DNA from: Octopus sinensis
Taxonomy: Eukaryota
DNA length: 64,000 nucleotides
Direction: 5' to 3'
NCBI RefSeq assembly: GCF_006345805.1
Contig: NC_042998.1
Location: 15,748,001-15,812,000, forward strand
Position numbers and translations under genes: made by a program. The notes below the pieces were generated by a model. That model had not been told where the DNA came from. It did not search any database and saw only the letters and a list, made by a program, of their open reading frames with translations. Positions 55,361 to 64,000 of the stretch are shown here, in pieces. Each line of letters begins with the position of its first letter. Position 1 is the stretch's first letter.

Positions 55361-55623
55361 AATCAAAATAAGCAATAAGGATATCCAAAGGTAATGTAGT
55401 ACGATCATTTCATGCGACACCATTTAATTAAATAATGCAAGTATTACATCAGTTTCAAATGTAGAGCAATCTTCAGCTGCATATAAATATAGAATTTAGT
55501 TACATTCTGAAAATTGCTGTACATTTTAAAATTGATGTAATACTTGCATTGTTTAATTAAATGGAGTCGTATGAAACGTACGTACTGCTTTACCTTCCGA
55601 TAACCTTGTTGCTTATTTTGATT
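55361..55623. mobile_element. Fold-back element, ~120-bp arms with a short spacer
   Basis: Left aatcaaaataagcaataaggatatccaaaggta...; the right end is its reverse complement (...taccttccgataaccttgttgcttattttgatt); inner arms also pair; (TA)n on the left. Confidence 0.8.
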
Positions 55624-55721
55624 ATTATAACCCCATTTTGAATTATATGGATAATACCATACCAAATTCTGGTGCCTTTAACTTAAGTACCATATTCAAC
55701 TGAATCTAAATTTTTACTAGA

Positions 55722-55792
<71 letters not shown>

Positions 55793-55815
55793 GTGTGTGT
55801 GTGTGGTGTGTGTGT

Positions 55816-55852
<37 letters not shown>

Positions 55853-55997
55853 GTGTCTCCGTGTATGTGTAACATTCCCGCAATTTAGCCATTCAGCAAA
55901 AGAGACTTGCAAAAATAAGTCCGGGGCGATTTTTTCGACTAAAAACCATTTAAACAAGAAAAAGAATAAAAGAGTACGTGTATCTATATTTGTTTAC

Positions 55998-55999
55998 AA

Positions 56000-56033
<34 letters not shown>

Positions 56034-56040
56034 GATAATA

Positions 56041-56137
<97 letters not shown>

Positions 56138-56186
56138 TAATAATAATAATAATAATAATAACAATAATAATAATAATAATAATAAT
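55998..56186. repeat. (TAC)n followed by (TAA)n microsatellite
   Basis: Visible trinucleotide runs, 5' of the truncated R4 copy. Confidence 0.95.
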
Positions 56187-56977
56187 CCCAGCAAAGGTTG
56201 AGAAGCTCAAGACTCAAAGCAGAAACAGAGGGATTTTTAATTGCAGTACAAGACCAAAGCCTCCCCACCAGAAATTACCAAAAACATGTAATGAAAAGAA
56301 ATATTACAAGTAACTGCAGAATATGTGGAGATGGACAAGAAACAATAAATCATATTATCTCTAGCTGCCCAGTCCTGGCTAAGAAGGAATATATTCACAG
56401 ACATGACAGAGTTGGAACCTACATACATTGGAAGCTATGCCAACATTATGGAATAACAAGAGAAAAAAGATGGTATAGGCACACACCAGAAAAGGTCACA
56501 GAAAACGAGAACGCAACCATACTCTGGGTTATGCCGATACACACAGATAGAGAAATTAAGGCCAACAGACCAGATATAGTTGTCAGAGATCATGAAGAAA
56601 AAAATGCTTTCTAATTGATGTATCAATACCGGCAGATGACAACGTGTCTCTAAAAGAAATGGAGAAACTCTCAAAATACAAAGACCTGGAAATAGAGGTA
56701 AGTAGAATGTGGAATCTGAAAACAGAAACAATTTCTATCATAGTAGGTGCATTAGGTATGATAAAAAAATATTCAGACAAATACATAACAAAAACACCAG
56801 GACTTACAAACACATGTAACATACAGAAAATTGCACTACTAGGCACTGCACACATCCTACGCAGAACACTTTCCATACAATAACCATCAGAGCATCACAA
56901 CAAATCACAGCACATACCCAAGGCACACAGAGCTGCGCTCGGTAGTGAAGTGAAATCACGCTATAAAAATAAAACTA

Positions 56978-56981
<4 letters not shown>
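56184..56981 (+). mobile_element. 5'-truncated copy of the 16920-21086 R4/Dong family
   Basis: About 97-98% identical by eye to 20288-21086; aat microhomology with the TAA tract at the 5' junction; same 3' end into (TAA)n; 1-nt deletion in an A run near 56600. Confidence 0.95.
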
Positions 56982-57047
<66 letters not shown>

Positions 57048-57159
57048 TAATAATAAACATAATAATAATAATAATGATAATAATAATAATAATTCTTTTT
57101 ACCTTAGGTACTGTATATTTATTTCGAGGGAAGGAGCAATTCGGTTTTACTCATCTCGG

Positions 57160-58100
57160 CGCTCAAACCCACTGAACCGATAAAAGGCAAAGTCGACTAT
57201 GGTGGAATTTTGAATTCAGATTGTAAACCGGGGGGAAATGCCATTAAGCATTTCGTCCGACGTTCTAACGATTCTTCCAGCATGCTGTCGAAATATTAAC
57301 AATATTTATAGTGGGTTTCAAATTTTGTCAGGAAGCGAGAAAGTCCGGGTGCGGTGCTAAAGTCGATTGCGTCGACCAAGTTTTCTACTGGCATTTATTT
57401 TACCGACCCCGAAAGGATGAAAAGCAAAGTCAACCGAACCGAAATTTCAAGTCAGAACTTGAAAATGGACGAAATTCTGTTAAGCATTTTGTCCGGCCTG
57501 CTAACGATTCTTTTCTACTCTAGGCGCAAGGCACGAATTTTCGAGGAGGAGACCAGTAGATTAGATCGAACCCAGTACGGAACTGGTACTTAATTTATCA
57601 ATCCGAAAGGATGAAAGGCAAAGTCAATCTCGGCGGAATTTGACCTCAGAACGTAAAAACAGGTGAAATACCTATTTCTTTATTACCCACAAGGGGCTAA
57701 ACATAGAAGGGACAAACAAGGACAGACATAGATATTAAGTCGATTACATCGACCGCAGTGCGGAACTGGTACTTAATTTATCAACCCCGAATGGATGAAA
57801 GGCAACGTCAACCTTGGCGGAATTTGAACACAGAACGTAAAAACAGACGAAATACAGTTAAACATTTCGCCCGACGTGCTAACGTTTCTGCCAGCTAACC
57901 GCCCTAATATTGAGTTTAAGTTTCGACGGAAGGCGAACAATTTCGGAGGAGGAGCAAAGTTTATTAGATGAACTGGAACTTATTTTATCGACCCCGAAAG
58001 GAAGGATGTCCAAGTCAACCACGTCGTAAAATCAACCACGACGTGAAGGGTGGACGAAATGGCACTAAGTATTTGGCCAGGGGTATAAACGATTCTTCCA
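57160..58100 (-). mobile_element. Cluster of five family B SINE units, including a full unit joined to a head-less unit
   Basis: Units at ~57160-57290, 57355-57520, 57565-57670, 57668-57905 and 57960-58100; junction gaaatacc|tatttcttt. Confidence 0.8.
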
Positions 58101-58670
58101 CCACGGTGACTTAATACTTACAATAACAATAATAACAACAAACCAAAACCTTTGCATTCACATGGTTACACATTCTCATATACAAGTAACATTTGAATCG
58201 CCCTCGTATTCTCCCAGATTTTAAAGTCCAAAAAAAAAAACACCAAATAAAGAAAATAGAAATCGGACCCTATTATATGATCATGTATACGACGTGGATA
58301 CACAATGGATAATCAACGCTGAAAACTCTTTTGAGTAGTTCGGAATTGGGTTAGTTAAAGGACTACCATCGAAACAACATTATCAATACATTTATGCCTT
58401 GATTATGATAGCCTGTGTAAGTTCTGATTTGGATTTACCTTTTACCGTTACCGATCGTAAAAAAAAGAGTGTGTAGCCAATAATATAATTGTATTGATTG
58501 AGACTGCTTCAAAAGAAATATTGCACATTAGTGAAGTAACTATATTCTTCTAATTAATGATGAAGGTTATTACAAAGAATACAACATTAATCTGTTATAC
58601 ATACTTACACAGATATATACACATATACAACTAGTATATAATAAATATATGTGCATATAATACATATATA

Positions 58671-58728
<58 letters not shown>

Positions 58729-58730
58729 TA

Positions 58731-58765
<35 letters not shown>

Positions 58766-58774
58766 ATATGCATG

Positions 58775-58807
<33 letters not shown>

Positions 58808-59658
58808 TATATATTTTATATACATACATATATACATACATAACCTCTACATGTGTGTATATATATGTATATATATTATGTATATATATATTAACATATA
58901 TATATATCTATATCTATCTATCTATATCTATCTATATATATATATATGTTTATATATATATAGATATATATATGTTTATATACATATATATATAAACTGA
59001 ATGACTCTCCTCAGACACATACACACACGCATATACTTGCGTACACATGGCATATAAACACATTGATATATACATCCAAGCACTTGATGTACATACGTAT
59101 GCATACATTTATACTTAAACACGTCTGCATGCATGTAAGGCTGTCTTCCATACAAACGTTTCTGATCCACTCTGTCTTGCAGTAGTCCTTCATATACTGT
59201 ACCCTATACCGTTATTATTCTTATGACCATATCTCTATTGATTTATCAAACCCATAATCAGAAATGTAATGTAGTGCATTCCATGCGCATTCAGACTCAA
59301 TACATCATGTATTATAAAATATAGTGCCCCACTTTTGTGGCATTATCATATAATTTTAAAGAGTTTTGCCTACTAATTCTTGCAAACTGAACGTTCAGGT
59401 ATTGGATATTCGCCGTCTAGCATCACACTGGACTTTCTGTTGCAGTTTGTCACACACCACCTCTTCAGTGAATGGATACTTATTCCATTATATGATTCAC
59501 ATAAAATAACATAGGATTGACAATTCTACATGAGTGTAAGTCTGTAGTTTATAAACGCATTCATATGCTCACACACATCCACAGGCAAAGAGGCGTATAC
59601 GCATATTTCCATGCACAAAAGAACGTGCATTGGCATTCATGAATCTCTGGCCATGTCA

Positions 59659-59698
<40 letters not shown>

Positions 59699-59702
59699 CT
59701 TA

Positions 59703-59909
59703 AAGCCGCAAGCTGGCAGAAGCGCGAGCAAGCCGTGCGAAATTCCGAGCAGTAAGTATTTGGCTCAGAGTTGAAATTCTACCGAGGTCGACTTTGCCAT
59801 TCATCCTTTCGAGGTCGATAAATTCATACCACTTGTGTACTAGGATTGATGTAATCGAGTCGCTCCCTCCCACCAAATCACGGGTCTTGTGCCTAGAGTA
59901 GAAAAGAAT
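59703..59909 (+). mobile_element. Family B-related SINE with an alternative tail
   Basis: aagccgcaagctggcagaa...gaggtcgactttgcc...tcttgtgcctagagtagaaaagaat. Confidence 0.75.
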
Positions 59910-59925
59910 ATCTATATGTGTGTGT

Positions 59926-60750
59926 AAGGTAGCGAGCTGGCAGAAACGTTAGCACGCCGGGCGAAATGCTTAGCGGTATTTCGTCTGCTGCTACGTGCTG
60001 AGTTCAAATTCCGCCGAGGTCGACTTTGCCTTTCATGCTTTCGGGGTCGATTAAATAAGTACCAGTTACGCACTGGGGTCGATATAAACGACTTAATCCG
60101 TTTGTCTGTCCGTGTTTTTCCTCTCTGTGTTTAGCCCCTTGTGGGTAGTAAAGAAATAGTTATTTTGTCTGCCACTACATTCTGAGTTCAAATTCCGCCG
60201 AGGTCGACTTTGCATTTCATCCTTTCGGGGTCGATTAAATAAGTACATATTTCTTCATTACCCACAAGAGGCTAAACATAGAGGGGACAAACAAGGACAG
60301 ACATATGTATTAAGTCGACATTGGTATTATATCGACCCCAGTGCATAACTGGTACTTAATTTATCGACCCCGAAAGGATGAAAGGCAAAGTCGACCTCGG
60401 CGGAATTTGAACTCGCAACGTTACGACAAACGACATACCACGAAGCATTTCGCCCGGCGCGCTAACGTTTCTGCCACCTCGCCGATTAAATAAGTACCAG
60501 TTACGCACTGGGTCGATATAACCGAATTAATCCGTTTGTCTGTCCACGTTCGTCCTCCCTGTGTTTAGCCCCTTGTGGGTAGTAAAGAAATAGGTATTTT
60601 GTCTGTCTTTACGTTCTGAGTTCAAATTCCGCCGGGGACAATTTTGCTTTTCCTCCTTTCGGATGATAAATTAAGGACCATTTGCATACTGGGTCGATAT
60701 TATCCACTGGCCCCTCCCTCCAAATTTCGGGCCTTGTGCCTAGATTATAA
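59926..60750 (+). mobile_element. Family B SINE trimer (one full unit plus two head-less units), interrupted by an antisense SINE
   Basis: Junctions aaagaaatag|ttattttgtctg (60158) and aaagaaatag|gtattttgtctg (~60592). Confidence 0.85.
60247..60483 (-). mobile_element. Family B SINE nested antisense inside another SINE, with a 15-bp TSD
   Basis: cgattaaataagtac at 60232-60246 and 60483-60497; the host SINE resumes seamlessly after the second copy. Confidence 0.92.
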
Positions 60751-60829
60751 ATATATGTATACGCGTGTGTGTGTTTGTATCTCTATCTATCTATCTACTA
60801 TCCATCTATATAAATATATATATATAATA

Positions 60830-60897
<68 letters not shown>

Positions 60898-61020
60898 AAC
60901 AACACATGATTATATGTATATTATTTTATATATATATAAATATGGATTTGTTATAGAAAAATATATATACACATAATAATATACGTAAATATCCATACAA
61001 TTTCAAAGTAAGGTGATTAA

Positions 61021-61085
61021 AATCACAATAAGCAAGAAAGATATCCAGACGATACCTCTGAATATCCTTGTTGCTTATTTTGATT
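61021..61085. mobile_element. 65-bp hairpin made only of the termini of the 55361-55623 fold-back element
   Basis: aatcacaataagcaagaaagatatccagacg-ata-cctctgaatatccttgttgcttattttgatt; (TA)n on the right. Confidence 0.75.
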
Positions 61086-61649
61086 ATATATATACATATA
61101 TATATATATATGTACACACAAGAGTTGGAGAATGGAGTAAGAAAGATCCGGGTTATATATATGTTACGTTGCCAGCGGAACGTCAGAGGGGGTAAAATCG
61201 AAGTCGCAAGTAGGTGCATTGTGACACTTGGAAAATATAATCTGATTGAACCTTCCTTGTGTCAGTATATACTTCCTTGCGACCATGTAACCTTTAGTCT
61301 AATCAATGTATTCTTGGCCTGAAGTGTAGCCTGCAATACAAACCTCACTTGGATTTTACCATTACTGAGGTTCCGCTCGCTATGAAACATGTGTCCTACA
61401 TCATTTTTACTTCATTTCATAGCTCTTCAATTCTTATTCGCCGGTAATCCTCATCGCCTAGCGTGGAATATAAAAAGGCCTTTTTCCACCTTATCGTTCT
61501 TCTATACAAAAATAATACACAACATTTCGTCTCAGTAAACCACTATTGTTTTTGAAAGTTGTTTTTTTTTAAATTTTACTACTAGGTTGAAGCTAACTTT
61601 CTCCCTACATCTCGACTCTTGAATTTTACACACACACACGCACAAACAC

Positions 61650-61690
<41 letters not shown>

Positions 61691-61739
61691 CTGTAAGTGT
61701 ATAAATACACACACATACACATATATATATATATATATA

Positions 61740-61784
61740 AACATCCTTCCATCTATCTATCTATATATGTATATATCTAATATA

Positions 61785-61822
<38 letters not shown>

Positions 61823-61834
61823 GATATATATATC

Positions 61835-61865
<31 letters not shown>

Positions 61866-61961
61866 TGTATGTATATATATGTATATATTATATATATAAT
61901 ATATATATATATATAAATATGTATATATATATATATTATATATATATTATATATATATATA

Positions 61962-62022
<61 letters not shown>

Positions 62023-62134
62023 TATATATATATGTATATATACTTATGGAGGCATCATGTCCGGAGATATGAAGGCACTTTTGCGTAGGTGTTTCTGCAT
62101 CATAACCCCGTCAAAATACATACATACAATATAC

Positions 62135-62185
<51 letters not shown>

Positions 62186-62195
62186 TATATATAAA
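61740..62195. repeat. Compound (TA)n/(TATC)n microsatellite
   Basis: Visible low-complexity runs. Confidence 0.9.
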
Positions 62196-64000
62196 TGCAT
62201 ACACATGCACACCCTTATTTATATGGAGGTGGGGTATGGCTTCACACTTCACACCACGCACATTACATATACAGTCATTTGTGTGTGTTTGAACATATAA
62301 TACAAAATATGTGTAACTCTCTTTATCTGAACCGCTATCACCGAAATCTTACGTTTATTCATATATAAACGCATTTGTGTATGTAAGATTGTGACGTCCT
62401 CCAATCACTATATTGACTTACTTCTGCAGAAACTTTCTATTAATTGCAAGTTTATCTGCATAGAACATTATGTGAACATATCTCCGTTTACCGCCGCCAC
62501 CAATTCCGCCATTTTCATTTCTTGTATAAACTTCCCTTTCTCTCTATGCTACACTGTCACATATACACACACACACACTCTCACACACATTGATAGCAAT
62601 GAATACATAAATAATCACGCATACCGTAAATCGTGCAACATTATCGATTAGTAAATATGTGGCTAAGCTGTGGGTGTTTATCTTAATTCAAGATTTAATG
62701 CTAACGGGGGTCACCTATTGCTCACCCTTTCTCCAATTTCCATGTTCCTTTCGTTTTGCATTTTCGTCATTCTCTTTCTCCCCCACCGTATATGGGGGAG
62801 AACTCTGTCGCTGTTCCATTTTCTCTTTCTCGCTCTCTTTCTTTCGTTCATTCTTTTTCCCTTTCTTTATCGCCTCTTTCTTTCTCTCTATCTCTCTTTC
62901 TCTCTCCAACAATCTCACACTCTCCAACACGTACAAGCTCCAAATGCCTTGCTCCCTTGCCCTCTGTATTGTAGTCATCCGCTCTCTTAATGCCAGTTGG
63001 TTGGCTGACAGTCTGATGCAGGAAGCGATCGCTGGGAACTGGCTGTAATCCAAAATCCCTTCGGCTGTTGCCAATGGCACAGTGTTTCTGAATAAACATA
63101 CCGTTCCAATGGCTAATGAAGTATATACTTATGACTACTGCAAAATAATTTTGCAAATATGTACAGCAAACGTACACTGAGACCGTCGGGCAATCAAGGA
63201 AACAGCCAAGTCAAATGGGGTTAACTTCTAATTCTTTCACAGCGCTAAGCTTAAGAATAAAACATTGGCTAACAGTTTGACTTACACGTTGGCATAATAT
63301 GGACCCCGCTGGCATTGAGCTGTTTTCGAACAAATCGAATTCTCCAAATTGTACATATATTCTCCCTATAAACTTATCTATATATTTCTGTTTGCGTGCC
63401 CTCTTCATTCTGTCTCGCTTTCATTCTCTCTCTCATACTGTCTCTCAGTTAATTTCTTACAAGTTATTTTTCCATATTTATCAACAAAGTCACACACATT
63501 AAGAACATGTTTATACTTTCTCCCTCTCTCTCCTCCTCTCTCTCTCTATATTATATATATGTCTATTATGTATACATTTCTCTTTCCCTATACATACACA
63601 CACAGACACACATGTATATATGTATATTATATATATATATATATATATTATATCTATATATATATATATATATATATAAATATATATGTGTGTGTATATA
63701 TATATGTATGTTACTCTCTCTCTCTCTATATATATATATATACATCTATTTGTCTAGTTCGAAACATGCCATTCGATTTGTTTATGAATATATTTGTTTG
63801 TTAGTGTGTATGTGCCTGTGTGTGTGCGTGCGGGAATGGCTGTGTATGTTCTAGAGATTGTACGTAAATAAGGTAATAACGTGTGCTTGTACTTATACAC
63901 ACATTTGCACGTGCATGTAAATATAGAGGTGTATATATAGAGAGATAGATAGATATATGTGTGTGCTGTACATATATCTATCTCTCCCTCTCTCTCTCTC

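Noticed and set aside
62659-63177. Overlapping 106-129 aa ORFs on both strands
   Set aside because: Driven by CT/GA-rich low complexity; no domain or convincing splice structure.

Overview
AT-rich eukaryotic non-coding DNA, intergenic or deep intronic. The SINE families and very dense (TA)n/(TAA)n microsatellites resemble octopus (coleoid cephalopod) genomes; this is from recall, not a database search. I found no confident host gene. Most of the ORF track is microsatellite read-through, and two possible spliced exons are listed at low confidence. The window holds: a near full-length R4/Dong-type non-LTR retrotransposon (RT, CCHC, restriction-like endonuclease) in a (TAA)n tract at 16920-21086; a 5'-truncated sister copy at 56184-56981; two older R4-like families in a TAA hub at 39.7-43.6 kb; about four tRNA-derived SINE families, including multimers and a nested insertion with a 15-bp TSD; CR1, RTE, mariner and Chapaev3 relics; and piggyBac-type and TA-flanked MITEs. 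The most notable observation is a set of hammerhead-ribozyme motifs in small non-coding elements, most of them within or next to (TA)n tracts. The best case is a 1.25-kb fold-back insertion (33476-34727) built from a ~490-nt, hairpin-rich, ORF-less monomer. It is present as more-than-unit-length copies in both orientations, each arm with a type I hammerhead fold, as expected of a retrozyme-like circular RNA copied into the genome. Further independent hammerhead candidates lie at 35400-35450, 28574-28611 and (decayed) 21205-21250.
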